A program made the position numbers and the translations under genes. Shown here piece after piece: positions 40,135 through 49,671 of a DNA stretch of 64,000 nt. The stretch comes from Thermoproteota archaeon (GTDB lineage Archaea; Korarchaeota; Korarchaeia; Korarchaeales; JAOZGB01). Under the pieces are notes generated by a model. It was not told the DNA's origin, ran no database searches, and saw only the letters and a list, made by a program, of their open reading frames with translations. Location: NCBI GenBank assembly GCA_037917685.1, contig JAVCBU010000006.1, positions 128,001-192,000 on the forward strand. Direction: 5' to 3'. How positions within the stretch are numbered: position 1 is the stretch's first letter; every line of letters begins with the position of its first letter.

Positions 40135-40569
40135 ATGCCTGAAAAGAATAAACTTGTCATGCTAAGAAACAGGATTATCGAGTACAAACGTATAATTAGA
40201 TTAGCTGAGCAATCTATAGTCTATGGTGGGGATAAATTAGCAATAACGTTGATATATCAAGCAGCAACCGTGATCTTAAATGCAATAAACGAGACGGGGA
40301 ACTTGTTCCCTCCCACTCTTAAATCTAAAGTCATGATAATCAAGAAAGAATGCGTTAAAAAGTTAGAGGGGGGTTGCAACAACTTGGCTATAAAGCAAGC
40401 ACTAGAACAAGCCTTAGAAGTAATCCCAAAGATAGATCTAGTGCTTTTTAAAATGATTAAAGCTTATACGGAGGGCAATTCAGCAGTTTCTACGTCTTCC
40501 TCACTTTCATCCGGGATCTCATCGAATAGATTCTCACAAGCTTCTCATCCAAGACTATATAGTCCCTAA
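40135..40569 (+). CDS. Hypothetical protein
   Basis: 144-aa helical ORF, no recognised motif. Confidence 0.5.
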   Translation: MPEKNKLVMLRNRIIEYKRIIRLAEQSIVYGGDKLAITLIYQAATVILNAINETGNLFPPTLKSKVMIIKKECVKKLEGGCNNLAIKQALEQALEVIPKIDLVLFKMIKAYTEGNSAVSTSSSLSSGISSNRFSQASHPRLYSP

Positions 40570-40792
40570 CATGTTTAACCGTTGTAAACGGTATCAATAC
40601 ATTACCTCCCTTGTCATGTGGGAGGGTCCGGATAAGCTCCTGAACAAGCTCATCCTTAGAAGGTCTGCAAGCTAATCTCAAGGCTTTTCCAGTGGTTTCG
40701 TCCACAACCATGTCCACTAACTCCCCTATAGGTAGGCCTCTATCTGTTATAACCTGTTTCCTAGCAAGCCTTCCAATCGAGTATCTTGCCAC
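40490..40792 (-). CDS. PRC-barrel domain protein
   Basis: KQVITDRGLPIGELVDMVVDETTGK...LIPFTTVKHVRDYIV. Confidence 0.88.
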   Translation of the reverse strand: MARYSIGRLARKQVITDRGLPIGELVDMVVDETTGKALRLACRPSKDELVQELIRTLPHDKGGNVLIPFTTVKHVRDYIVLDEKLVRIYSMRSRMKVRKT

Positions 40793-40825
40793 AAATCGTA
40801 ACTATTTTATACTAAGTAATAAAGT

Positions 40826-41008
40826 TTACAGTTTCTTCCTGGCTAGTATAGGAAAAGCAAAGGCTGCTATTAACAGTAGATCGATAACTAAAAAGAACAT
40901 TTTTAGTTCGCTTATAACTTTAACATATTGATATTGATACCATGCTAATACAATCATAAACGTAACGAACAAAAGAAATAGTACGATTCTAATAGCTATC
41001 AATCTCAT
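40826..41008 (-). CDS. Small membrane protein
   Basis: 60 aa with two hydrophobic helices. Confidence 0.6.
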   Translation of the reverse strand: MRLIAIRIVLFLLFVTFMIVLAWYQYQYVKVISELKMFFLVIDLLLIAAFAFPILARKKL

Positions 41009-41064
41009 GGTCCATGCACAAAGTTTTTGTTATCTCAAAACTTTAAATTCTTTGGTGATGAGTC

Positions 41065-41244
41065 TTGGAGGTTAAGTGTCCATGGTGTGGTGCAAAAATA
41101 AATATATCACCTCCGTATACCCACCTCTGTCCGGAATGTAAAATGCCGATACTTGTCAAAACAGTAAAAATGCCGAATGGAAAATTTATAATACAGGTAG
41201 TCCAGGACAGAAGGCCTGCTAAACAGAGAATGCGAGGTACATAA
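41065..41244 (+). CDS. rpoP: RNA polymerase subunit Rpo12/RpoP-like zinc ribbon (not in ORF track)
   Basis: MEVKCPWCGAKI...LCPECKMPILVK; directly upstream of pfdB and absent from its usual place after rpl37ae. Confidence 0.6.
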   Translation: MEVKCPWCGAKINISPPYTHLCPECKMPILVKTVKMPNGKFIIQVVQDRRPAKQRMRGT

Positions 41245-41265
41245 GCTTTATTGAGGTGTGTTCAA

Positions 41266-41679
41266 ATGGCAACTCCAACAGGAGATGTAGGAACCATACT
41301 GGCTAAACTGCCAGATGATATCAAGTCCAAGCTTTCACAGTTATCTCAAGAATACGAGATTAAAATAAGGGAGTACGAAAATACTGCAATCCAGCTGAGA
41401 AGTATGGAGTCCGAAAAAGCTAGTGTGGAACGTGCATTACAAAGGCTAGAAAAATTGTCGGAGGATGTTAAAATATACGAAAATCTAGACCTCATCCTTG
41501 TTGAGGTTAATAAGGATGAGGCAAAAGCAAATCTTCTAGACAGAAAGGAATTCTTAAAGCTTAATATTTCCAGGCTAAAAAAACAAGCAGAGGAAATCCT
41601 CAAAGCGGCTAGAAAAATAGACTCTGAGATTAGAGAGATACTTTCTGCGTATGGTCTATCACAGGGAGAGTCTAGCTGA
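41266..41679 (+). CDS. pfdB: Prefoldin beta subunit
   Basis: Coiled coil - beta hairpin (KIYENLDLILVEV) - coiled coil. Confidence 0.85.
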   Translation: MATPTGDVGTILAKLPDDIKSKLSQLSQEYEIKIREYENTAIQLRSMESEKASVERALQRLEKLSEDVKIYENLDLILVEVNKDEAKANLLDRKEFLKLNISRLKKQAEEILKAARKIDSEIREILSAYGLSQGESS

Positions 41680-43062
41680 AAACTCCCTGATAAACCTCTC
41701 TTTATACTTCTTTGGTATGGTGCATCCAGCAGCAAGCCTGTGACCTCCGCCTTCCCCCTCTAAGCTAGCGGAGATTTCACTCATTACTTTTCCTATGTTT
41801 AATCCAGTATCTGCCTTAACTCTTCCAGAAACCTTCAGGAGGCTGTTATTTACTTTCGAAAACCCGATTGCAACGTTAACTTGTTCAAATTCCTTCAATC
41901 CTAGTAAAATAGAAGTGATCGTTCCTATCATAGTGTCTTGAATGATGTCTTCTCCGGATATGAATGCTACCCCATTACTTACAAGTACCCTTTCATTAAA
42001 GTTGAACAGTACGTTTTTAATCGCGCTAGAAATGCTTTGCCTATACTCCTGATATACCCTTAGAGCCTGTGCTAAGTACCAACCCCTATAACCCATACAT
42101 AGAGCAACACCGAAACCTCCATACCCCATTCTTCCGCAGGCATTGAGAATAGTGCTAAAATCCCGTAAATCCTTGATAGGTGATGAATCATCTTCAAAAT
42201 TCCAAAAGTATATCTCACCTATCAATTTCCTTGCAGCTCTAGCCTTACCTGATTCAGATGCGATTCTCTTCACCAATTCTGATACAAGAATTTTCTTTTT
42301 CCGCTCGTTAAGGTCTCGGAGAGTTATCCATGCACCCTGCTTCATAGGTTCAATGCCAATATTTGTCAAAAATTCAAAACAAGCTGACTGGTCTGAAGTA
42401 ATTCCGGGTATATATGGATCTACAGTTCTCTCCAAAGCGAAAAGTAGAGGGTATTTGGGCCCTCCAAAAAGGTTAACTTCATTAACAACTTTAATTAGCC
42501 CTGTATCCATGGCGTACTTAAGAAGCTCCCTATTAACCCCTTGAAACCCTTCTTCATGTTGCCTATCACCTATTGCGCCAGCTATAGCAACAGGGAGAAG
42601 ATGTTCATATCCTCCTATTCTTTTAGCTATTAGATACGCTAATCCTGATGCACTTATCTCTCTGCTTCCATCAATGCCGTGGAAGTAGGGATTAAGAATA
42701 AATAGGTGTCTAGGCTCATACTCCAATATAGGCTGATGGTGGTCAATTACGTAGACTTCAACGCCCTCCTTAGCTACTCTATCAAGGTATTCGATGTGCG
42801 AAGTTCCAAAATCTGTAAGTAATATAGAATCGTATCCTTTAGAAACCACAGCCCTAACATCCCTTCTTAGCATTTGCTTATAGAAGGTTAAGTGGAATGG
42901 AATATGTAAATCTGATAAGACGGCAGAAATAATTCCCGTAGAGGTAATGCCGTCAGCATCTATATGTGAAGCTACTAATAAATTTCTGTCTTTTGAGAAA
43001 CCTTCTAAAGCATTCGCTATAAAGTTAGCCTGATCTTCGAATCTCTTATATATTTCACCCAA
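41659..43062 (-). CDS. DHH phosphoesterase (RecJ/Cdc45-like)
   Basis: SHIDADG, TDFG, IDHH, NACGR, GGGH; next to rps15. Confidence 0.92.
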   Translation of the reverse strand: MGEIYKRFEDQANFIANALEGFSKDRNLLVASHIDADGITSTGIISAVLSDLHIPFHLTFYKQMLRRDVRAVVSKGYDSILLTDFGTSHIEYLDRVAKEGVEVYVIDHHQPILEYEPRHLFILNPYFHGIDGSREISASGLAYLIAKRIGGYEHLLPVAIAGAIGDRQHEEGFQGVNRELLKYAMDTGLIKVVNEVNLFGGPKYPLLFALERTVDPYIPGITSDQSACFEFLTNIGIEPMKQGAWITLRDLNERKKKILVSELVKRIASESGKARAARKLIGEIYFWNFEDDSSPIKDLRDFSTILNACGRMGYGGFGVALCMGYRGWYLAQALRVYQEYRQSISSAIKNVLFNFNERVLVSNGVAFISGEDIIQDTMIGTITSILLGLKEFEQVNVAIGFSKVNNSLLKVSGRVKADTGLNIGKVMSEISASLEGEGGGHRLAAGCTIPKKYKERFIREFSARLSL

Positions 43063-43067
43063 ACGTT

Positions 43068-43493
43068 CTACCCTAAGTCAAGTTTCCAAGTCTGAGGTAG
43101 CCTTCCTATTCTTTTGTAATATTTTTCTAAGCGATGTATTTTGGATAGTGTAAGCAAGAAGCCCCTCTTACTATGGAAATCCTTCCTGTGTGTTTCTAAA
43201 TGTCTTTTAATGATTTTTGCCTTCTTTATTAAATTTTTGAGGTCTTCTGGGATGTCCATTGGGACTCCCGCGTCTTCTAATATCTTGTTGATCTTCTTTC
43301 CTGTAACAAGCTTTACTAATGGAATACCATAAGTGTCTCTCAGTATAACTCCTATCTTACTTGGGGGAACCCCCTTCCTAGCAAGATTTACAACTAATTC
43401 CTCAACCTCTTTTGGGCTCATTTTAACCCAGCTAGGCTTTACTGGGTGGGGTGGTCTATTTGAGTGTGATTTACCCTTCTTTCTGCTGTGCAT
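43068..43493 (-). CDS. rps15: 30S ribosomal protein S15 (uS15)
   Basis: MHSRKKGKSHS, IGVILRD, IPEDL, SKIHRL. Confidence 0.97.
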   Translation of the reverse strand: MHSRKKGKSHSNRPPHPVKPSWVKMSPKEVEELVVNLARKGVPPSKIGVILRDTYGIPLVKLVTGKKINKILEDAGVPMDIPEDLKNLIKKAKIIKRHLETHRKDFHSKRGFLLTLSKIHRLEKYYKRIGRLPQTWKLDLG

Positions 43494-43508
43494 CCTAGCC
43501 AGCCTTTA

Positions 43509-44069
43509 TCACCTTCCTATGATATACTCGGCTAAGTCTTTAAAGCTTTTGTAACGATGGGATAATGTATTCTTAAGCCTTCCTAAAGAGGCATATGTAT
43601 GGCTAGGTTGATCCCTTGGCGAAAAGATAGGGTCAAATCCCCAACCCTTACCCATAGGGCTTCTTGTGATATATCCCTCTGTCTCTCCCTTGAATAGTTT
43701 TACCTCACCATCGGCTATTAGAGCCGCTACAGACTTGAATACAGCGTATCTATCCTCTATACGTTCCATCAAACGTAAGACCCCCCTTATACCTATCGTT
43801 TTGTATACAAATGCTGAATATACGCCCGGAAAACCATCTAACGCTCTGATAAACAGTCCAGCATCTTCAGCAACCAATGGTCTTAACTTATACCTTTCAG
43901 ATAGCCATTTTGCAGCATAATTCATTACTTCCTCAATACTATCCGCTTGAATCTCTGGGTAGCCTTCTGGAACATGTTTTACTCTAAGGTTATACTTCGA
44001 CATTATTTCTCTTACTTCCATAAATTTGTGTATATTACTTGTAACAAAATATAAGCTATCAATCTCCAT
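43509..44069 (-). CDS. rdgB: Non-canonical purine NTP pyrophosphatase (Ham1/RdgB)
   Basis: TSNIHK, EDAGL, GFPGVYS, GFDPIF, SHR. Confidence 0.95.
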   Translation of the reverse strand: MEIDSLYFVTSNIHKFMEVREIMSKYNLRVKHVPEGYPEIQADSIEEVMNYAAKWLSERYKLRPLVAEDAGLFIRALDGFPGVYSAFVYKTIGIRGVLRLMERIEDRYAVFKSVAALIADGEVKLFKGETEGYITRSPMGKGWGFDPIFSPRDQPSHTYASLGRLKNTLSHRYKSFKDLAEYIIGR

Positions 44070-44718
44070 AGTGCCTCCTCCTGTGTTCGATCTCAGCAAG
44101 TTTTAATTTTACCAGTTTGAATAACCTCCCTACTTGATTAGAATATCCTTTCAAAAACAGATTAAATAGTTCTAATCCTCTTAATCCTATGCTTGCCCGT
44201 AGGGAACATCTTAGGACAAATAGGTCCGTAGCGAAGTCCTCTGGATCATACGTGAACTCGCTCAGGCCAAAATCTACGAAGTATGGTTTACCATTGGAGA
44301 TTATGATATTGTGCACAGTCAAGTCTCCGTGGGTAATACCAGCCGTGTGTAGTCTTCCAATATATCCGCCTATATCCTCCAAGATCGAGGTAGACCCGCC
44401 ATTCATTAAATATGTGTGAAGTTTAGTTCCATGAATAAATTCCATAGTGATTTGGAAATCATAGACGTCTAAAATAAAAGGAACATGTAGGCCTGCTTTT
44501 CTAGCCTCAATCATCGCTTTACATTCTCTTTTAATCCGTTTACGCCTTAATGAAGCATCTAAATCTGGATTCCTGTATCCTTTGGGAATCCTATATTTTA
44601 CTACCACTCTTAGCCCCCATAAGCTACCGATATATACTATGGCCTCTGCCCCCCGGAATATCTCACGCTCTACCTTAGCTAGGAGTATCATATCTAATCT
44701 ATCTAGTTCCTCTACCAT
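44059..44718 (-). CDS. bud32: KEOPS kinase Bud32
   Basis: GAEA, KYRIPKGYR, HGDLT, VDFGL, DLFVL. Confidence 0.94.
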   Translation of the reverse strand: MVEELDRLDMILLAKVEREIFRGAEAIVYIGSLWGLRVVVKYRIPKGYRNPDLDASLRRKRIKRECKAMIEARKAGLHVPFILDVYDFQITMEFIHGTKLHTYLMNGGSTSILEDIGGYIGRLHTAGITHGDLTVHNIIISNGKPYFVDFGLSEFTYDPEDFATDLFVLRCSLRASIGLRGLELFNLFLKGYSNQVGRLFKLVKLKLAEIEHRRRHYGD

Positions 44719-45433
44719 CCTGCTTCTCCTCTTAACGGAACAAAGGAGACGTATCCATAATTCTCTACGCGGATCTTTCCCTCCTCATTAATAAGCCTGA
44801 CAAGTCTCTGAGGATATAAGAAACCTGGTGGTCCTACCGGAGAGAGGAGAATCCCACTATCCTTTAAAAATTCGCATAACCACATAGGAATCCTAGGAGA
44901 GGAGGCTGTAACAATAATTCGATCAGCCTTTATCCTCAGAGGAAAAACCTTACTAGCATCTCCACACACAACGGTTACCCTATCCAAATAACCAGCCTTT
45001 CTTAGATTCTCATACGCTCTAAAGGCAAGAAAAGGTATAATTTCGAAAGTATAGACGTGTCCCCAGTCTCTTGGAGAGATATCTGATGGCGCTACGGCTT
45101 CAGCAATGGTAGCAGCATGATATCCGCTCCCTGTTCCAACTTCAAATACCATCATTCCAGGCTCTAAATCCAACAGTTCATTCATTATAAATACCATGTG
45201 TCGCCCAGCCACTGAGGTCAGCGGCTGTGTGGCGCGCTAATAGTCTGTCCCCTGCCTATAGGTAAGGGAATATCCGTGTAAGCATCACCAACAAGCTTGC
45301 TCGGAACAAAAATATGTCTTGGAACCGTCTCACATACCTTGGCCAGCCTTTTCGATTTAATTATCCCGCTTCTTATAAGTTTTTTACAGAGTTCTCTTCT
45401 TCTACGAAGATTCTCATCTTCCAATTGTGTCAC
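44712..45433 (-). CDS. pcm: Protein-L-isoaspartate O-methyltransferase; two exons (45433-45229, 45199-44712), 230 aa after splicing
   Basis: [26 protein letters not shown] | [26 protein letters not shown]; removing 29 nt gives a continuous 693-nt frame. Confidence 0.92.
45200..45228 (-). other. Predicted 29-nt bulge-helix-bulge intron in pcm mRNA
   Basis: CGCC-ACA-[CAGCCGCUGA-CC-UCAGUGGCUG]-GGCG-ACA; cuts after nt 2 of each bulge restore CCA CAC AUG. Confidence 0.85.
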
Positions 45434-45492
45434 CTTATTACTAGGGTTAGGGGAAACTTATTTAACCATCCTTATACTATTCACTAAAGTAG

Positions 45493-45579
45493 GGGCCCGT
45501 AGCTTAGTATGGTAGAGCACCGGGCTCTTAAAAGTCCGGAGATACCCGGGGGTCGTGGGTTCGAATCCCACCGGGCCCG
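45493..45579 (+). tRNA. tRNA-Lys(CTT) with 13-nt canonical intron (45531-45543)
   Basis: CCGGG-CT-CTT-A[intron]A-CCCGG; BHB CTCT/GGAG. Confidence 0.95.
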
Positions 45580-45600
45580 TTTAATAAATAGGGACCGATT

Positions 45601-46548
45601 ATGAGTAAACTGACGCTCATACTTATCCTCTTACTAATTCAAACTCAAAATAGATTTGACCTTATAATCGTTAGGGGAGACATCTTTGCAGATTGGGTTG
45701 TAGCCCAAGCATACGGTTGGAAAATAGGAGCGCCAGTGCTTAGTATAAGCAAACTAGACTCTGAAACGGAACAGTTGTTGCTAACGTATATCAGTATGGG
45801 CGCTAAGAAAGTGTTAATTATAGGAGACCCAAGTGTGCTTCCTCTCGAAGTAGACTCGTTCCTTTCCTCACACGGCTTAACTGTTAGGCGGGTTATGGGG
45901 GTCACTAGGATTGAAACTTCGATAGAGTTAGCAGTCTACTTCTGGGATGATGCTGAAAGAATAGTCTTAGTGAACGGTTGGAATGAAACAAATTATCTTG
46001 AAGCTGTTAAAATCTCTCGAGAGGTTGGTGGACCTGTCATATTTACTAGAGTAGATGAAATATCTCTTTCACTTCGCGAAGCACTCTCAGCAAGGCTGCC
46101 TATGGTTAAAGAAGTATACGTGGTTGGCTCCGATATAGAGCCATCGGTCATAGAAGACATAGAAGCGATGGGATTTAAGGTTATCGTTACCCAGGTGGGT
46201 AGCTTTAAGAATGCCAAAACAAGGAGTTTTATCTCCCCGAACTATCTACTTATGTTAGGTTGTACACTCATTGGGATAGCCATAGGTATAGTCATTTCAC
46301 GTCGAATGAGAAAACTCGGTGTTACCAGTCTTCATTTCTTACTCTCTGACGAAAGACTGATAATTAAAAGTATAATAGATGCAGGGGGGAAAATAGAACA
46401 GGAAAAGCTTGTAGATATCACCGGGTTTTCAAGAGCTAAGATTTCCAGGTTAGTTGCGGACATGGTAGAAAGGAAGCTAGTTGAGAGAGAAAGAAAAGGG
46501 AAAACATATGTGCTGAGGCTTTCAAAGGAGCTTAAGAGATTTAGCTAG
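45601..46548 (+). CDS. Membrane protein: extracellular cell-wall-binding-2-like domain, TM helix, C-terminal wHTH
   Basis: GAPVL, VLIIGD, RRVMGVTRIETS repeats; TM; GFSRAKISRLV...VERERKGKT. Confidence 0.7.
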   Translation: MSKLTLILILLLIQTQNRFDLIIVRGDIFADWVVAQAYGWKIGAPVLSISKLDSETEQLLLTYISMGAKKVLIIGDPSVLPLEVDSFLSSHGLTVRRVMGVTRIETSIELAVYFWDDAERIVLVNGWNETNYLEAVKISREVGGPVIFTRVDEISLSLREALSARLPMVKEVYVVGSDIEPSVIEDIEAMGFKVIVTQVGSFKNAKTRSFISPNYLLMLGCTLIGIAIGIVISRRMRKLGVTSLHFLLSDERLIIKSIIDAGGKIEQEKLVDITGFSRAKISRLVADMVERKLVERERKGKTYVLRLSKELKRFS

Positions 46549-47709
46549 TCATAAACCTGCTAGTACAGGGTTCTTAGGCTTCATGATCTCCCTTAGAAAG
46601 ACACTGGCGTATTCTCCTCTTTCTAAACAAAATTCTATACTTAAGTTGTTTCCATGCGTCTTTACCCCGATAATTCTGGGTACAGCTACGATTTTCCTAA
46701 TACCCCCATATACACTTATCTCCGGAATGCTCTTTATTAGAAAGTCTGAATACCTGATCCCTTGACTGTTCATGACTTCCCCCATTATCCTGTCAGCTAA
46801 TGTCCCGCGTTCTTTAAAGCCATAGCCTGGGAGGCGAACTGCAGGGACCTTCGATGTAAAGGATTTTTCTTTAAATCCTAGATTTTTAATTTTAACTTCC
46901 AATTCGCCTTCTACTGGAGTTAAAAGATCTTTGGAGAACTCCAGTCTTCTGCTTAGGTACAAGTTGAACAAGTAACTTTGGAATGATTGAACGTAAAGTC
47001 GTAAGACCTTTTTAGGTATCCTTCTGAGAGCTCCTATGTAGTCCCTTGACTTGTTTGAAATGTATTCTTTAACCTTTTCCTCGTATCCCCGCCCCCTACC
47101 TCCAACTATAGCTTCAATGGCTGCTTTAAAATTCTTCATGATCAAAAATCTTCCAATCTCATGGTTGTAGGGTTTACTATATCCAAATCTTTGATATCCA
47201 TAATAATTTGGGAATACCCGAATCTTTTCGGCTTCTATATTTGGAGCATTCACATTTCTAACTGTTATCTTAAAATAATTCCCAGGATTCGATCCAACTA
47301 CAACTCTCCTTCCCTCTCCGATGTAATGTATCCTAACACGCTTTAACCCTAAGGTGGCTTTTGTGGCATTTATGGGGGTGATTCTCTCAATAGATATACG
47401 TTGAAACGAATAACTCCTTTTATCCTTTAAACCTGCATAACCGATATTTCTTGGTTTTAGACGTAATTTTTTGGACAGGAGCTCAATAGCTGTGATAGTG
47501 TCTATGTTGCTTTTTTCTAAAATGAATATTCCGGTCTTAACTGTCCGAAAGGGGATATACAGTGATAATGTAGATAGAACTGATGCTGTGATGCCGGGTT
47601 CGACGATCTCATCAACAATGAAGTCTGTGCTCCTAACTCGAGTCATTCCGCCTACGCCTTCTATGTTAGTCCCATAATGCTTCATACCGATGTCTATGTC
47701 GATCTGCAT
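46549..47709 (-). CDS. truD: tRNA pseudouridine(13) synthase
   Basis: DFIVDE, YAGLKDKR, PNYYGYQRFG, QSYLFN, GEYASVFLREIMK. Confidence 0.95.
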   Translation of the reverse strand: MQIDIDIGMKHYGTNIEGVGGMTRVRSTDFIVDEIVEPGITASVLSTLSLYIPFRTVKTGIFILEKSNIDTITAIELLSKKLRLKPRNIGYAGLKDKRSYSFQRISIERITPINATKATLGLKRVRIHYIGEGRRVVVGSNPGNYFKITVRNVNAPNIEAEKIRVFPNYYGYQRFGYSKPYNHEIGRFLIMKNFKAAIEAIVGGRGRGYEEKVKEYISNKSRDYIGALRRIPKKVLRLYVQSFQSYLFNLYLSRRLEFSKDLLTPVEGELEVKIKNLGFKEKSFTSKVPAVRLPGYGFKERGTLADRIMGEVMNSQGIRYSDFLIKSIPEISVYGGIRKIVAVPRIIGVKTHGNNLSIEFCLERGEYASVFLREIMKPKNPVLAGL

Positions 47710-47718
47710 GTTAAAACC

Positions 47719-48072
47719 TCAAAGTAAAGGCAAGCTTCCGGTAACCTTATCTATTATATTTGTATAGTATGGTCCAATGCCAACTGCTGTAACTGTTCCT
47801 GGTGGGATCTCGGTGAGACCTGCATCTTGTATGCGTGTAACGGGTAGTGAAAGCTGTAGAGCCTTATCATAAATGGTATTTAACTCGCTCAAATTCTTAC
47901 ACTTAACGACTACTTTCTTGCTTCCTTTTATCCTCCATAAATACCATATACCGGGATTTTTTCTCTTCGCTATTTCTGAAGCTTCTAGAGATGCATGAGC
48001 TACCTGGACAGCCAGCTTACCAATGCTAAGCTTTAAGTCTTCTCTTATAACTATCACTTGTTTAACTTCCAT
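47719..48072 (-). CDS. pth2: Peptidyl-tRNA hydrolase Pth2
   Basis: KQVIVIREDL, GKLAVQVAHA, DAGLTEIPPGT. Confidence 0.97.
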   Translation of the reverse strand: MEVKQVIVIREDLKLSIGKLAVQVAHASLEASEIAKRKNPGIWYLWRIKGSKKVVVKCKNLSELNTIYDKALQLSLPVTRIQDAGLTEIPPGTVTAVGIGPYYTNIIDKVTGSLPLL

Positions 48073-48087
48073 TTAGGCCTCGCCTTC

Positions 48088-49209
48088 CTATCTAGCTAAC
48101 TCATAGAAGAGTTTTATGTATTTTTCAATACAATTTCTCCACGAATACTGCTTAGCTGTCTCGTAACCTTGGCTAACTATTTTTGATCTTAGCTCGCTAC
48201 TCTCTATTAAAAGGGTGATTTTCTCAGCCATCCCCCTTATTGAGTTAACCTCTACCAGAACACCATTATTCATGTCTCTGATTATCTCCGGAATCCCACC
48301 AGTTTTAAACGCTACTACAGGTACACCGGCAGCCAGCCCTTCAAGGCACGAGAGCCCTAAACCCTCCTCTATAGATGGTACAATTAAAATATCAGAGGCT
48401 TGCAGGTACATTCTTACCTTTTCATGCATTACATACCCTGTTATTATAACCTTCTGACCTGCTTTCTCAGCTCTTTTCTGTATCCAACTCCTCAGAGGCC
48501 CATCTCCAATTATCAAGAGACACACGTCTTTCTTTAACATTTTTTGAGCCATTTGTGCAATATCAACTGTCAGATGAGCTCCTTTATGAATGTATAAGCC
48601 TCCTAGGAAGGATACAACATGATAGTCTTTATTTAGGTTTAGTAAAAGCTTTTTAAGCTCCGCTTTTCCACGTACGGAGGGGGTTGGCTCGTTAACGCCG
48701 CCAGGGATTACTGAAGAATATCTCACTTTAATTCCAAGTTCTCTTACCTTCTCTCTTAGGTAATTGCTCACAAAAACTACGTGATTAGAATTTTCAATAA
48801 CATATTTAAGAACCCCTCTGTAAAGCAAATTTCTAAAACCATTGAATACGTCAGTTCCATGACAAGTTATAACCCTCGGCCTTAAGTTTGAAACTGTTGC
48901 AGCTAAACCGGAAGTCAATGCATAATGTGCATTATAAACGTCAAATTCTCCATCCTTTAACTTAGTATATAACGAAGACAATATAACATAGGATAAACCT
49001 CTGAGATATTTCATGTTAACCGTAGGTAGTGCTTTAACTAATTCGTTGTCAACAGGTCGGCCATAACTGTAGGTAACTATTTGGACATGAATCCCTCTTT
49101 CTGTCATCCCCTGTGCTATTTTAGAGAGGTATATCTCTGTGCCTGCTGTCTTAGGTAGATACGAGCCTAAAAAGGCTACCTTCAACTCCACCATCTTGTT
49201 ACTCTTCAT
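48088..49209 (-). CDS. Glycosyltransferase family 4
   Basis: TCHGTD, GDGPLR, EEGLGLSCLEGLAAGVPVV, GGIPEII. Confidence 0.93.
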   Translation of the reverse strand: MKSNKMVELKVAFLGSYLPKTAGTEIYLSKIAQGMTERGIHVQIVTYSYGRPVDNELVKALPTVNMKYLRGLSYVILSSLYTKLKDGEFDVYNAHYALTSGLAATVSNLRPRVITCHGTDVFNGFRNLLYRGVLKYVIENSNHVVFVSNYLREKVRELGIKVRYSSVIPGGVNEPTPSVRGKAELKKLLLNLNKDYHVVSFLGGLYIHKGAHLTVDIAQMAQKMLKKDVCLLIIGDGPLRSWIQKRAEKAGQKVIITGYVMHEKVRMYLQASDILIVPSIEEGLGLSCLEGLAAGVPVVAFKTGGIPEIIRDMNNGVLVEVNSIRGMAEKITLLIESSELRSKIVSQGYETAKQYSWRNCIEKYIKLFYELAR

Positions 49210-49450
49210 CGAATGCGGGAAGGCTAGGAGTACCTTTTGACAGGATTATTTTATATACACGCCTCTTCAACTCTCTTACTATTACTAAGCCCATAACCTC
49301 CAATTTCAAGAGGTATTTTAGGATCTCTCTACTTTCAAGTTCCTCCCCCAAGTTCTTAAGCTGTTCTTTGAGCTCATCCAACATCATACTCCTATTTTCA
49401 GACCTTTGGAGCACTCCGATTATTTTCTCGAATATTTTAGTATTTGTCAA
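49199..49450 (-). CDS. Small winged-helix protein
   Basis: EILKYLLKLEVMGLVIV wHTH pattern. Confidence 0.6.
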   Translation of the reverse strand: MTNTKIFEKIIGVLQRSENRSMMLDELKEQLKNLGEELESREILKYLLKLEVMGLVIVRELKRRVYKIILSKGTPSLPAFDEE

Positions 49451-49671
49451 CCCTGTTCACCGCAACCATAGCAACTTATATAATTCACTTTCAAGATTTA
49501 AACAGGATGAATCGTTGCTCAAGATGTGGTAGAATAGTTCATCATACAAGGAAGTGTATTCTATGTGGTAAGGAATATTGTTTGTCATGCTTCATCCCTC
49601 AAATGGGGATTTGTAAGAGTTGTGGGTCTAATTGGAGTCGATTGCAAAGCAGAAAATTCAAATTAAGGTGA
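49444..49671 (+). CDS. Small Cys-rich zinc-finger protein
   Basis: CSRC..CILC..CLSC..CKSC; real start probably internal (MNRCSRC). Confidence 0.6.
   Translation: MSTLFTATIATYIIHFQDLNRMNRCSRCGRIVHHTRKCILCGKEYCLSCFIPQMGICKSCGSNWSRLQSRKFKLR

Noticed and set aside
45200-45228. pcm break as selenocysteine/UGA readthrough or a simple pseudogene
   Set aside because: The insert is 29 nt, so readthrough stays out of frame; both halves are intact and BHB cleavage restores the motif exactly
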